From Catajapyx aquilonaris (taxonomy: Eukaryota): a stretch of 64,000 nucleotides of DNA. This document shows positions 37,538 to 51,175 of the stretch, piece by piece. The notes under the pieces are model-generated. The model had not been told where the DNA came from. It saw only the letters and a list, made by a program, of their open reading frames with translations, and searched no databases. Both the position numbers and the translations under genes were made by a program. Positions within the stretch are counted from its first letter, which is position 1. Each line of letters begins with the position of its first letter. The stretch is taken from the NCBI GenBank assembly GCA_000934665.2, contig KZ538404.1:1-64000 (forward strand), written 5' to 3'.

Positions 37538-37695
37538 CAGTGTTGTTCATAAATCGAGGCAACTGCCAGCGACATTTTCCGAAGCGGCAGAAGAAGGAAT
37601 CTTGCTCGCCCGTCTTGTAAGTATGCTTATCTTCGATTCCTTCTGCCGCTTCGGAAAATGTCGCTGGCAGTTGCCACGATTTATGACCAACACTG
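37538..37695. mobile_element. Tc1/mariner-type MITE, family A copy 2
   Basis: Same TIR (CAGTGTTG.TCATAAATCGAGGCAACTGCCAGCGACATTTTCCGAAGC) and the same spacer in reverse orientation as 1444-1604. Flanks are AA/AA rather than TA. Confidence 0.9.
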
Positions 37696-37742
37696 AACAT
37701 CTGACCTGACCCCGCCTAGGGTCGCCTGTGGACGGGTACTGC

Positions 37743-38245
37743 CCACGGACGTGACATCCACGGACGTGACAAACTCTCTGTTTATTCCACGTAAAACGTG
37801 GTAAGTTTAAGTTACAAACTTTTAGTTTAAATGAGTAAGCTCTTTGTACCTAATAGCACACGTACCATACTCGAGCAAAAATTGAAATTTGAACTGCTTA
37901 CCCACATTTATTACCAGATGTCACAGACTTGACAGCTTCTCAATATGGCTGCATGCCCTGCATCAGCAAGCAAAAAGACAAAAATCCTGCACATTGCTGC
38001 TTCCTGGATGATTTTATAACAGTTTTTGTTTTTGTCCACGGGATGACGAGAAACCTTAGGACAAAATTACTCTTGCAATAAAATCGATACAATTTGGAAC
38101 TTCAGGACAAAGAATTCACTATCCTTTACCTTCAGTATTCCTTTCTCCATTACTCTAATATAAGAAGTGAAATAACATCTTATGCCTTGCATAAAAATTG
38201 ACAAAACTACTAAAGTGAAGGTTAGAACAAGCCACGGACGTGACA
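37743..38245. mobile_element. DNA-transposon remnant with CCACGGACGTGACA repeats
   Basis: Exact 14-mer at 37743, 37758 and 38232 and a degenerate copy at ~38036, typical of subterminal transposase-binding repeats. Ends not defined. Confidence 0.45.
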
Positions 38246-40403
38246 TGTCACGCTCTGTGAGACTGTGACCTAAAGAAAAAATATGAAAGAATTTTCTCTT
38301 TACATATTTGTTATGTGCCCCGTATTCCGCAAGTTGCAATCTTATATTTCTTTGCATGTTATCTAGTTTTCAGATGTTATATTAAGTCCATAAATTAGCT
38401 GGAAATGAAATTGCAGATTTTTTTCACTATTTGCCCATATGTGTTAAGCCATGCTCGCATGTGTCAAGTGTTTATGGGAATTGTGTGACAGAGCAATATA
38501 ATAGATTCTATTATTACGTCCAGTACATTTCGTACATTGTTATAGGTATGTGCTTACGTCTACATCTATAATCCAGTAGGATCATTTTGTAAGTGTACAT
38601 TATTTTGTGGGAGGGATGGGGGCGGTTGCGGATGCAAGACACAGTATCAAATATCTAACTGGGTGGATATGGGCTCTCAAAATTACCCGCACCGGTATAT
38701 GTAAAATTGTGTGGAGAAACCTTGCAATCTTTCATGCAGGTTTTTAAACTGATTATTATATTTTACGTTCAGAAAAAGGGTACTCCAGCAAACGGCAAAT
38801 GTTTTATACGTGTAAAATATTGATTTTGAAGGCTGCAATGTAACTGCGCCAATATTGCCCCTATATAGGGAACCTTCCAGTCACTCCTGCTCGCCGACCC
38901 GGTGTTTTGCCAAAAAAGGTTTCAGCATGTTTACTATGGTATAATAAAGGTCCGTGCTACGTACCTCGCAATGAAGTCAAGCCCTACAGGCCTGATAATT
39001 ATTTTTTATTATATGGAGGTTGCTGATATTCCCGATAAGGTAGGGTAAAAACAAGCCCCTTTGCATAACTTTGCCTCTCATGTTTCCCCCCGAACTTTAA
39101 TTTTCAAACTGACGTATGCTGATTTTTTGTATGCATATTTAAGTGGATCCAAAACAGGGAATAACCTGCAAAATATTGACTCTGAACTCTGCAAAAAAAA
39201 AAAATCAGAAACCCTTATTAGGCGACTGGCTTATACAGTATTTTCCACACATTACACCTGTAGATTACTACAGTGCTGTATACTAGTAGCTACTGTATAG
39301 GCTACACAAGGTGTTCTAATTGAAATATACTTAGTGGTTAGCGATTTCTTGGCAACAAGCTGCTCATTTGAGGCAGAATTAAATCATTTATCCAAAGTGT
39401 AAATGGCAATTAATATCCGATTGCGATGACCATTGGAACAATGGCATCGGACGTCAATTATACGAGTAGGTTCAATATTTCTTTCAGAACGGTCCCTCTT
39501 CTCTGGCTTTAAAAATGATAGGTCAACGCAAACTAATATTAGCAGCTAATACTTTTGATAGCCACTAAAAGTAACTCTGCTTACAAATAAGCAGCTTAAT
39601 GCCAAAAAATGCCATAATTATGCGAACATTTCAACTGTTCCAGTTGAAATGTTCTTATACTTCGTATACCGGTACGTACTCTACATAGCTGTTAGACACA
39701 GCAGCACCTTCTGACATATTTTGGAACAGCTAAAAGTGACAGACTTGAATGTACGGCGACCATTTTTTTCTTTCTTCAAGACTGTTTCATAAGTGCGAAA
39801 ATTTTCTAAATGAAAAATCAAGGTATAAATGCCAGTTAATGAATGGCACCTTTGAAGTGTTTGCCCTCTGCTTCTTGCACTGTAATTTCCCTTTGACTAA
39901 GTGGTGCTCTTGGCGGTTGCTCAGTTCTCGTTCCTCCAATTTTTCCCTCCCCTCTTCAAATATCCGTGTTGGTTTGCCGATGGCGGAACGATCCCGCACC
40001 GTTTCTTTCGTCATCGGATTTCCTCATGGGACTTTTGTCTCTTTGATCCAACCGAAACTTTGTCAAGTCAATCGAAAGGCCGCGCCCAACTTCCCAGACT
40101 TTCTTCATCGAGTCAATATTTTTGCGCACCTCTGCCAAAATCTGCTTTCCAATTCGGCGATTCTAAATCCATCAAACTGACAACAACTCCAGAAAATTCC
40201 GAAATTGTTTAGTCTGGCACGATTTTTGAGAGCCTGCTTTGTTCTTTGATCCATGGCGTCATGACTCGAACATGTTTCATTGTTGTAATGATGTGCCAAT
40301 CTTTGTTAAAAAATAAGCCTATTACTCGCGAACAAAAAAATGGGTTTTTAATGCTATTAGGCAAATTATTGCAGAAAAGTATCTGAAGGGTCGAGGTATT
40401 TTA

Positions 40404-40768
40404 TTTATTTTATTTATTTTTATTTATTTTACTTACCCCATTGGGAGAATATCAGCGCTCCTTTAGGGGGGTGGAATACCACAATTTTTCATGCCAATTT
40501 TTTGGAATTTTTCTTCTAACACCGTGCAGTGGAGAAAGGGAAATGGGGAGGGGAATTTGGATTTTTGGGGAGGGGACACAGGTGCAAGTGTAATGTCGGA
40601 AAAGGGTCATGTGCAGTCCCCCAGGAGGCTAAGGTTGCCAAGACGCCTCCTTAGGCGCGGGTCAGAGACCCACTGACGCAGTCGGAAGGAACTCCCGGGC
40701 GGGGATCGAACCCGAGACCTTCCGCACAGCAATCCGACGTTACCATCTCGGCCACCACGCCTCCCCCG
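40404..40768 (-). mobile_element. Full-length tRNA-derived SINE
   Basis: Minus-strand head GGGGGAGGCGTGGTGGCCGAGATGGTAAC (A box) ... GGTTCGATCCCC (B box) and an (AAAT)n-like tail. Exact 21-bp TSD CTGAAGGGTCGAGGTATTTTA at 40383-40403 and 40769-40789. Confidence 0.94.
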
Positions 40769-41999
40769 CTGAAGGGTCGAGGTATTTTAATAAATTGAAT
40801 ACGAGATACTTGAACCTGAACTAGTGTAGGCCGTTGCTTGTCTTTGGCGTGCTGGTTCCTTGTGCGTCATTCTCTAACAATTCAAAGGTTTTTGAGTATT
40901 TTCCAAACAATCCCGACCATGGTTCCGACAGCAAGTGACATTCACTTATTTTGTCACCTTCAGAAAATTGTTTGGCTAGAATATAGGGAGAGACCAGGAG
41001 ACGAAATAATAGACTAGAGGTGGCAGCAAGAGTGGTTGACAAAGTCTTACAAATTGTGGTACTGTACCACTGTTAAAAAATTCTTCGATCGGCGTGGGGT
41101 TTTTGTGTGGAGGTGGGTAAAAATTAGTGCAATCATGTGGCTATGTTGAATTATGTGGTAAATTTTAAAACCAATTTTTTACGGCCAAACGATACTTCCT
41201 TTCTGAATGCGGTAATATTATTAACTTTTTAATACCCTGCGATAAACCTATGGTCTTTTGGGTGATTTACAAAATACCTCACTTTACTAATCAACTCAAT
41301 GATTATGGATTTTGAAGGTGGGAAAGGGAGAATACCAGCAAAACTCACGCGATCCTGCTTATGGTAGATCCACGGCTATAATACCATCTGACAACAATAC
41401 TGCCCTCCAAAATAGCATTCGACTTCAGATTATACTCAATGTACTGTACCTATAACATCTATTTAGCTTTATGATACTTGATAACTTAACAACCTGAGGC
41501 TCAGTAACATCTGGCAGTATTGGTATGAGAAGGAGAAAATATATATCAAACGATCTTTTCAAACGAAAACTGATTTACAGACGACTAGAAAAAACGTTGA
41601 TGCTTTATGCAGCACTTCCTTCCAGTTGATTGATTGATTGATCAGGGGTTTAATCCAGTTGTATACGCTGGATGAAGGCGATGTCAGGCAGGTGAATATG
41701 ACATGTACTGCACAGGAGACTATCTCTTCAGCCTCTCTATCATTATACGGTACGTGACCGCAAGCCCCCTTTCACTTAAAACATGAGTTATTCTTGCTGC
41801 ATCAATTATAGAAAATTTAGGACTTAGAATTCAACTAGTGTTGGACTCGATTTAATCCAGTTTCCAACGATTAGCAATAATTTACGCACTCTTGCAGCCT
41901 TTAGTGGAATAAGAAGCATTTCGAATTTATAACTTTCATTGTATATATTCATTATGAATATATTAATATTCTGCAGCAATTCCTCTTCCACGTGGAATA

Positions 42000-42180
42000 G
42001 GAATTGTTGTTGCAGTGCTAACGTCATAGCCTTCCACCTCCGAGGTCTCGTGTTCGATCCTTGGTTAGACGGAGGACACTTTTTGACGTGAAATAGTTTC
42101 GAGAGTTTCTCTCCGTATTCGCATGGGTTTCATCGGGGTTCAGTTTCCTCCCACAACCGAGAAACTAAAAATGTAGTCCT
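42000..42180 (+). mobile_element. Old tRNA-derived SINE with V/Meta-like core
   Basis: Degenerate A box (~42008) and B box TGTTCGATCC (42051-42060), then TTCTCTCCGTATTCGCATGGGTTTC..CAGTTTCCTCCCACA resembling the V-SINE core as I recall it. Confidence 0.65.
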
Positions 42181-42466
42181 CCATGGCTGTACTGTACGTG
42201 TCAGTTACAAGAACACTATTAGAATTCCTCATTTTTATATACTAATTTATTAATGCCATCATGGCTTAAATGTAGTGTGAGTGAAGGCCACACTGAAATG
42301 AGTTATTGTCCCCTAGTATCTTGGCTTTAAAAAGAAATATAAAGTAAGTTGCTGTAATGATTTTTACTCCACAATGGGAGGGGCATATTACCATAAATGC
42401 GTCTATAATAATCAGGCCAAATATTGGCCTTCTGGGCGAATTAAATGAAGAACCTCTGGAGCCCTA

Positions 42467-42589
42467 TAGATCGGTCACTATATGAACGCAACCGAGTGGC
42501 CAATTTTATTACAGGAAGGAATACAGTTTGTAATAAAATTCCTGTAATAAAATTGGCCACTCGGTTGCGTTCGTATAGTGACCGATCTA
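42467..42589. mobile_element. Palindromic MITE (TAGATCGG termini)
   Basis: ~51-bp arms TAGATCGGTCACTATATGAACGCAACCGAGTGGCCAATTTTATTACAGGAA with one mismatch, flanked by TA on both sides. Confidence 0.88.
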
Positions 42590-45500
42590 TAATATTCATC
42601 ACTGCAGTCGATCCTAGTTGTCCCCCTGGAATGCGCATGACCTGTTCTGGTACAGGATAGCACCTGTTCAACTCCCTCTGGCCCAGACTCACACCTTTCC
42701 TCACCGTCACATCCCTCCCCTTACCTCATTACCAAATGAGTTCTGTCCTCCGCATTGAAGGTGTGGTATTTGATAGGTGAAATCAATCGGACTTTATAAT
42801 CCGACTAGTATGAAAATTTAATTTGAACTGGGATAGTGGTTAATATTCATGTATAGGATCAGGAAAATGTATATGTAAGCCTACTCAGCTATATCATCGT
42901 GATTATCTGATATTACTTGGCAACCCTTGAATGAAATGAAATGGTGTAGTCCAATTAAGAGAAATTGCGGTTATTCTTAAATTCTAGACCTAGGCCTACA
43001 ATTGAAACTAAAAGATCTGTGATACGAAAGGCCTGAATTTAATCTGTTCTAAGTGAAAGTGATAGGGTGGGCGACATTTGGCGTGCCTCCAGTTGGCTTC
43101 AATGTTGCAAATAAAATATTCCCTTATATTATCATTCAATTACTACAGTATATTGAGGCGAACGTGCACTGTGAAATAATATAGCTATATCTGCATGGAG
43201 CGCACGTAACCAGTTTATTAACGTACATAGTAATTACAGTGCAGCCCATTTGTTGTCCGGCATTTATTATGCAGTGGAAATTGCTACCCTCGAAGCCTGC
43301 TGCTGAACAGTACTTTTGAAGGTATCCCCAGGAAATTTTGTTTGTTTAGTAGTATTCACATTTGCCAGTTTAGCTGAATTGTACACAGGTGTGTAGTTAT
43401 GCTTACGAATGCCTATTGTTCGTTGGGTTTTCAGGGACAAAAGAAAGGGAATTCGGTTGTTTCCGGAAGGAATGGTGGGTAGGCCATAAAGCCCCAGACA
43501 GAGCTTTGCAATATCGGAGCTCCTTCGCACTTGGCTACATGCACTTTTGCTCGGATTGATCGCTTTGGGCCTTTCGCGAGGCAGCGGGAAACTGGCTCGT
43601 TTCTGCTCTCTAACTATAGATTTTCTCATTTTTTTGTCAAAACTTTCGACACCCCGTTGCATTTCTTCCAGGCGAATGTAAACAGCAGAATTAGTTCTCT
43701 CCCCCTGATCAATACTATTTAGACACTCTTGTATATACCATATACACACCTGCATATATGTTCTTTTGGAGTACAACTTGCTGTTACAAGGCAGCCCACA
43801 AAATGTCGTCTCTGTTGGCTAAAATCTTGCGGCTTTAATATTTTTGTCAGTAACATATATCACTGGAGCGAAATGGCCTGCAGCGAAAGGTACGTGAAGC
43901 CTACATGCCTCGTGCAGACGTGTTGCAAAAGCAGTGCAAGAAAAATGGCGCACTGTGGGCCTTAATTTCCTTTCATCTGAGGAGAAAGGAGAAAAAAGTC
44001 GTAAAGCGTTTGGGAAGCGGCGCTGCGTTCCAATACATATTAGATCCTTAATGCAGCGCTATAAAAAGAGCGCGGATGGAGCCTGCTCAATTTACTCTAG
44101 AAACGTCCATAAAAGTTGAATATCGTCAAGTTCAGTCTTCGTCACATTCCTTGGCTGCAAACGCCCCCAATTTTTTTAAATGAGCTACCTCCGCAGCTTA
44201 AAATTCTCCTATGGGGAGTACTTAACTTCTCCGAAGGTCATCAGAGAGTTCACAATGAACTAGCATGTTTATGGCACATATCTTCACAACGCCGACAAAA
44301 GAGGGCCGAGGATGTTGCAGTTTGTTGTTGGAGAATAACCCTTCTAATGCGGAACACTTACGACCCAGTATTTGCTTGACTAATGTGGACATTTATGTGT
44401 GAGTAATCATCCCCTTTTAAAACTCCAGTAAGGCTGTGTGTGACTCATCTGCAAATATTGTGGGTGTTTTGATTCATCAAGGACTCGAAGCCTCCGGTAA
44501 TGAATGGTGTTTTTATCTCCATTTCGAGTACAGTAATTGCTCCGGCCTGGAATGAAAGAAGCAAATTAGCCTACTCCCCCGTCTGGCTTGAATCAAAATG
44601 AAAACATCGCAGTATTGAGTTGTTTGGCCTCTAAAGGCTATACGTTTCGTAACGTTTCAGTGTAATTGTACTGGTAGGTCAGAACGGTCACGAGAAGAAT
44701 GAACGACATAATTAAACAAGATAATAACCCCAGTATTTACTGTACCCGGAGAACCGGGCATTGTACGGGCGTTTAAGATTCAAATTGAGAGAGGGCTGCA
44801 ACATGGTGACAGGTTCTTCCTGTAAGAGAGACTAAATTCCCTGAAGGTACCATTGTGCCCTTCCTCCCCATTTATATTCCGTGGTGGGGGGAAAGGAGGG
44901 TTGAGGCATTAAGGGGTTTTCTCCGTATGCAACGCGGCATAATTTGTCAAGAAACAGGAAATGTAATCGCCTCAACTCAGTACTGGAACTTCTTTCCTCT
45001 AATGACCCCCAGGCTAATGGGCATAAGATCCCCAAGTTCTGCATGAGACCCTTATTTCCAAACTCAGCCGGTACACTACGTAAAGTACGGATCATTTTTA
45101 TAAGCGGGCCTCTTCCTTTCGGCTGTCTTCAGTTTATTCTCTGCAATGCGTGAACTTCAGACCTCTGGCTTTTAAAGAAAGTTGGGCGATCATCGATCCA
45201 GTCATGTCGTTGGATTTCTACCCCCCACCCTCTCATCTCTCCCACCTTACCAATTCCCTCCTCCAGCTTTTTTGGGGGAGGAAATGGACAGGCTTCTTGT
45301 GTTCTCCTCCGCCATGCTGTCAAAAAGCTCTAGGGTCTCAACTAAGAAGAGAAAGGATCAAGTGGTAAAGGTGATGAAGAAAGATCACGAAGACTTGAGC
45401 TTGCACTCTTATCTAATTAAAGAAACGGGCATGTGCTCTCGCAGATGAATCGAATGTGCAGCTGCAGTGGTCAGATTGGCCGGGATTGTGGAACATGTTT

Positions 45501-46902
45501 CGAGAGCGCCCTCTGGGTGGACGAGTCCACTGTCGGCCATTTTAGGCCGGCTGACCGGTGGTGGAGGCTCGGCTGGAGGTCTGATGTCATTTGACGCATT
45601 GTCGACGTTGCTTTGCTTCATTGGCCGCAACTTGCAAGACCTTGATGAGCTAACATGTCATTATCCATTGAGCAGAGGATGTATCGATGTACGGGTGTTG
45701 ATATGAGGCGTGGCGGGGTCTCGCTAATTTGACATGCGTTGAATTGATGGGTGGCACACCCAAATGCACGAGTCGCGAGGCAGCGGTTAAGTCTTCCACT
45801 AGCTGAAATGCATATGTTCCAGAATGATTGAAAATTAATGTCAGAGTTCTTTATACAATATGGTACTGTATTTGCATTATGAGGTGACTCAATAATTACC
45901 TCATTACTTGCTTCTGTGACGTGTACGCCAACTTACAAGCAGGCATACGGTGCACATTGCAACAGTAAGTACAGTAGCCTATGACAAGAAATAATATTAG
46001 TGAATGGGGTTTCCTGGGGTTTCCTAACTGTAGGCCACTTGCAGATCTGTTTTTAGTGGCCACTAATAACTATATGGAAGCCCATAAAAATACCTATGGG
46101 AGAATTATTGTCCATTTATAGAAATAGGCTAATAGTGGTGCGAAAAAGATATTCAGTATTTTAAAGTTCTAAATGATGAGACGACACAGTATAAGTTCGC
46201 TGAAATTTGTATACTGGACAGATTATTATTATTAGCATCTATATACTGTAGACATAATGAGCCAGAGGAGTTACAACAACGTTTGTTACTTTATGAATAT
46301 TATTGCGGCTTTTTATATACAAAAAGCAAGTAAAGTTAATAATTTTTGTTCATGGAATTGATTAAATGGACTATACAAATTGGTTGTACAGTATAATTGA
46401 AACTTGCTGCTGATTATGACAGGTTCCAATACCTCTCCACCTCCACAAAAAGTCAACTTTAGAGTTGTGCCTAGGTAGAGGCTCGCGTTAGCTTTGTATT
46501 ACACTTATTGACTGTGTTACAACTACATTCGGGAGTCACTTTATAGCCAGCGTGGCCTAAAAATTCACAAGAATAATAAGGAGACCCCGTTACTGTAGGG
46601 AAAGTATGAATAGAATATGGCACAGTAATATGAATAGGGATACTTTTTCCAGTCATTCAAATTTGCTTTGCATTTGACGACACTCTTTTGTGCATTGCTT
46701 CTATTGTATATGATGGTGACACCATAATAACTGAATAAAATTCATACAGTTGAAGGATATTTTGTAATTCTCCAATTCAGCAGTCATGGTCTATGTATGA
46801 CAATCATACAATATTACATTTTGCAGATATATTTGCACTAAAATAAAAATGATGTAATCATGTAAATGTGATCTCCCAGAAGTCCTCACAAGCAGGTATA
46901 CC

Positions 46903-47058
46903 CAAGGGGGTAATCACTCGACTGAAAAGTGTACACTGGAGTACCAAATTCAAGGAGTAGGCCTACCAAGGAGTAATAAAGAGTGAGGTACCTGAGGAGT
47001 ACCAGGGAGTACCACTCGCAGGTGTAACACCAGAGATACCGAAGTGATTACCCTCTTG
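46903..47058 (+). mobile_element. Family B MITE copy 3
   Basis: CAAGGGGGTAATCACTCGAC ... GTGATTACCCTCTTG with exact 8-bp TSD GGTATACC. Confidence 0.93.
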
Positions 47059-47700
47059 GGTATACCGATATGCTAAGCTTTTTCACGCGGTGCTTGCTGC
47101 ATCGATATAGGTTATTGTTTCAAAAAGCAGATCTTGTGCCAATTAATTGCACATTTATCCACAAAGTTAACGGCAATATATTCTACCAAATGAGGCAGTC
47201 AGCAACAAATAGGAAACTAGCAGTTTAATAATGTCAATGAAGCAACAAGTGCACTATGTTGAACATGAATAAATTCGGCATTTTGAAATCCTGTTGCCAC
47301 AGTCATGTACAGTACAAAATGAGTAGGCTACACCAAAACAAAAAAGCTAAAATGCGTGAAAACCAAGCACAACATAATGGACTATTTTAAACTGTTATAA
47401 TTGTGTAAGAGAACAAAAGATCTAAACTAGGAATAATAGTATGTCTGACTTCGGTATTTCTGAGTTGGTTCAGGGCAATATCAGTGAAACCTGAGGTGTA
47501 CTGTACATAGGCCCTTGTTGTGTAACCGGATGCAAATAAGCTAATAAGTGTACTGTACAGTGTGTACAGTGTACAGTATAGTGGACGTCATAACCTTGAC
47601 GCCATATTCTGCGCCTGCGGTTTCAGAATTAGACTCACGTCTCTATCGATAAAAAAATCTCGCGAACGCTCATTACCGGTATCACATTATCCATCTTGTA

Positions 47701-47912
47701 CACCCGCGAGCATAAAATTGGAGACGTTGCGGGCCTTCTATGACCTTTCTTGATCCGACTCAAATTAATTGACTCTTTTTGGACCGAGTTATCTGCTTCA
47801 GGCGTGTGTTCGTGTATTAATAACAGTATATTTGATACAATAATAGCTGAGATTGGCAGAGCACCCTCCCGAAGGTGAGGACCTGCCGTCTCCAACTTTA
47901 TGCTCGCGGTTG
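47701..47912. mobile_element. Tc1-like MITE
   Basis: TA|CACCCGCGAGCATAAAATTGGAGACG ... CGTCTCCAACTTTATGCTCGCGGTTG|TA. Symmetry extends a further ~18 bp into the flanks. Confidence 0.8.
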
Positions 47913-50900
47913 TACCTATGATGGAATGTGAAACATCCTTATAGCTCCTGTCGCCTCACCTTCAAGTGAGGCAGTGAGTATTGTAGTACATATACCGGCC
48001 TTCCAACGGTGTGTGTAATTCCACGCCAAACTTGAAGGTAAGTTCATGAGGGCGAGCATCCGTGAAAGGATCTTAGCAATTATGGCAGGGAAGTGTACAG
48101 GACACCTGTTTCGCTTGGTCCTGTAATATCCTTGATAAACTGATGCTTCACAGTGCCTACTATAAAATTAAAATATATAGAAATGCAACCAGGGGTGTTG
48201 AGGTGAAATGTTTGGGTCGAGGTGTTGCTAATTTGCAGTTATTTCAAATTCCAAATGGCCTCGAAGTCATAGAAACTGGTTGCTTTCTCTGTCGAACTCG
48301 TTGCCAGAACCATTCAACATGGATGACTTCGTCTTTAACTACAACATGGGCTTGAGTCTCACATAAACGAATTGATCATGGCTAGGTTTGACATATGAGA
48401 AACTTGTTCACAGACTCCCATATCCCATCGTAATTTTATATGGAAAAAGTATGGCAGTATCAGGGACATTCATTAAAGTCACACATTGTAGTTGGACCTG
48501 GTACAAAATCCATATAGCAAGCAACAAATTGCGATGGTGGAAACGACATCAGCACATGCAACTAGTTTTTCATTTCAGTATCTCAGTCGTGTTGAAGCTG
48601 AAACGAGGCCACTTTCAAACGAATCCTTGGCTCTTGCCAGTGATCTGTTAGATGGCAAGAGTGCTGACCCGCGAAGTGCAATAACATTTTTGCTGATGGA
48701 AATGCAGGCCGGAAAAGGAAGCCACATTTGGTAAACCATGGCGAATATGGTGCGTAGCACAAGCCCGCTCTGATCTTTGGGCCTGGTGCCAACAAAGTCC
48801 TTCTAAGCAATCCAAGTGGGCAGGACGGCCCATAAAACAGAGACATTGGAGAGTGGAATGGCTTGCGAATCCAATCCTGCAACATGGACTGAGCAGCAAT
48901 TAAGCCACATTGGTCTGACTAGGCTGACAAGGGAGGTAGGACCGGCGTCAGGCCTAGGCCTAGCCTAGACTATAGGCCGTGAAGTCAACTCCAGTGCCTC
49001 TTTACCGCAAGGCAAGCTCTTTAGTGCTTCTCTTTCCTTCCGGTGGCCTCGCTCTGATGGGAGAGACGATTCTCTCGGCAGTTTCCGGAAGGCGAGGAAG
49101 AAAATAATATTAACACCCGAATGGAAGCGTGGCTGGCCTCCATTTTCTCACCCGGCTGGCCCAACTTGGCTCGTTCGTTTCAGACAGGCGCCATCCTACT
49201 TCTTCGCACAGGAAGTGATGCTCGTTTCACTACCTATTATTGCTTCGACTTTGTGTCATAAGGAGTCAAGGAGAGAGGCTGATTGCTGCCGGTACGTCGC
49301 TTACCTACTGGGGGAGGGCTGTTCAGAAATATTTCATTTTGAGAGGGCCGCAAATGTTATGCATACCTGAAAAATAGCGAATGAAGCATGTCAAACGTGC
49401 CAGTTTATTCTGAAAGAATTTCATTAGACAAGAGAAAGAATTATATGCAGTGCCTTACCTATGAGGAATTTAATTAAACTTCATAACGGTGTCCTCATCC
49501 GCATCATACTGGGTACAGCATATCGAGTAGCGCCAATTTCATTAAAATTCCATCAGGTACTTTCTAAACTCCAGTTTGCCTGTCGTATGGAAAATTATTT
49601 TCACGTTGCCCGTGGCCCGTGAGGTATGCTGTTCGTCCAAGCTCGGAATTGGCTCCTGGTTGTCCACTGTTTTGTGTGTGTTTTTTTGTTACGGGTCTCC
49701 TGAAAAAAGTAGCCTAAGTGACAGCTAGGTAGGGTATAGGTTGGCGAAATGGGGTGCGTCACAGAGGGTTTGTTTGCTTGGAGAGTGTGGTGACTGGGAC
49801 ATCTTTCACGGCTGGGGGATTCTGATGGAAGCTTTTCCATTAGTGGGCTCCATTCTATTTGCCTCCATGGGATCCTTTCCTTCCCGAGCATTCCGACTCT
49901 GCCACAAACAACGGGGTCCTTTCTCTCTCTTTCCCTTTCCCCCGCCACCTCTTTCTCTTACCAAGTCCATTATTTTTGTTGTTCGGAAGCGAAGGACTTG
50001 GGAGACGCTGCTGTCAAACTCAATGGAGCCAGGAACCAGTCGGAGACACAACAAATGGCTAACACGCACGTATTTCAATCGTTTATTTTTCACTTCTGCC
50101 CAAGAGCGACTGCTGGAACCCCTTGAAATATTATTAGACTGCTGCAGGACTTATTTGGACCGTGGCTTGTCATCCACACCGGTACGTCCATGAAAATTGC
50201 CTCCTATTTTTCTTTTCCTTTAGACGTATCGGTCAACAACATCACACCAGACGGTAGCAATATCATTGGTATATAGGATCTGAAATTTGTATTCAATTCC
50301 AGCTCTTGCTTCAGTGCACAGAAAATCGACCTCCTAATGTTGTTGATCCAACGCAAACGCCTATCATGCCCCTATGACGGATGTTTTTGTTTTCCTGGAG
50401 CGCCGGGCAGGTTCAAATATAATGAAACGAAATTAATTTACCACAGGTTTTCATTAGTCTCTCTTCATGTTTGTGTAACCGGGCTATTACTTCCGGTCTC
50501 ATGCTCGAATTTTACCCAGGCTAGAGCACCTGAGGCCTACCAAAATATTGTGAACTGGACGAAGAGGTTGGGGTTAGTAGTACCCTTCGGCATGGTTAGC
50601 CGCATTCATGCATAGTCAGTCTATAGACACGCACGATCTCCTTGATAATGATTGCGGATATCGTGTTCGGAACAAGTGGAAACTGTTTGCTGGGTTTGCT
50701 GCGTTGACACACAGAAATAGTTAGGACAATAATTCAGCGAGTATGTCTTGTACTGTGAAACTATTGTAGGCTACGTACCGACACTGGCGTACCATTCCAT
50801 TGCGGTGGTTAATAATATACTGAGTGTGAGCACATGCGATATAAAACAGAATCTCGATGAATACTGAGTGGGACACTTGATCAGGTCGGTTTTATGATCA

Positions 50901-51001
50901 TACTTAGGCCTACTGTTATAGTGAAACGCAAAGAAATGACGTGAAGATATTCAAACACCTGCAGGCTAAGATTAATAAACCTAAAACTGGTATGTGTTGA
51001 T

Positions 51002-51175
51002 CAAGGGGGTAATCCCTCGACTGAAAAGTGTACACTGGAGTACCAAATTCAAGGAGTACCAAGGAGTAATAAAGATAGAGGTACCTGAGGAGTAATAAAG
51101 AGTGAGGTACCTGAGGAGTACCAGGGAGTACCACTCGCAGGTGTACACCGGAGTACCGAAGTGATTACCCCCTTG
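51002..51175 (+). mobile_element. Family B MITE copy 4
   Basis: CAAGGGGGTAATCCCTCGAC ... GTGATTACCCCCTTG with exact 8-bp TSD GTGTTGAT. Internal duplication of GGAGTAATAAAGA..GAGGTACCTGA. Confidence 0.93.

Noticed and set aside
39749..40299. Possible transposase or host-gene remnant
   Set aside because: All frames are interrupted and I see no DDE, RT or other motifs.
43267..43776. 169-aa minus-strand ORF
   Set aside because: No recognisable family, motif or splice context.
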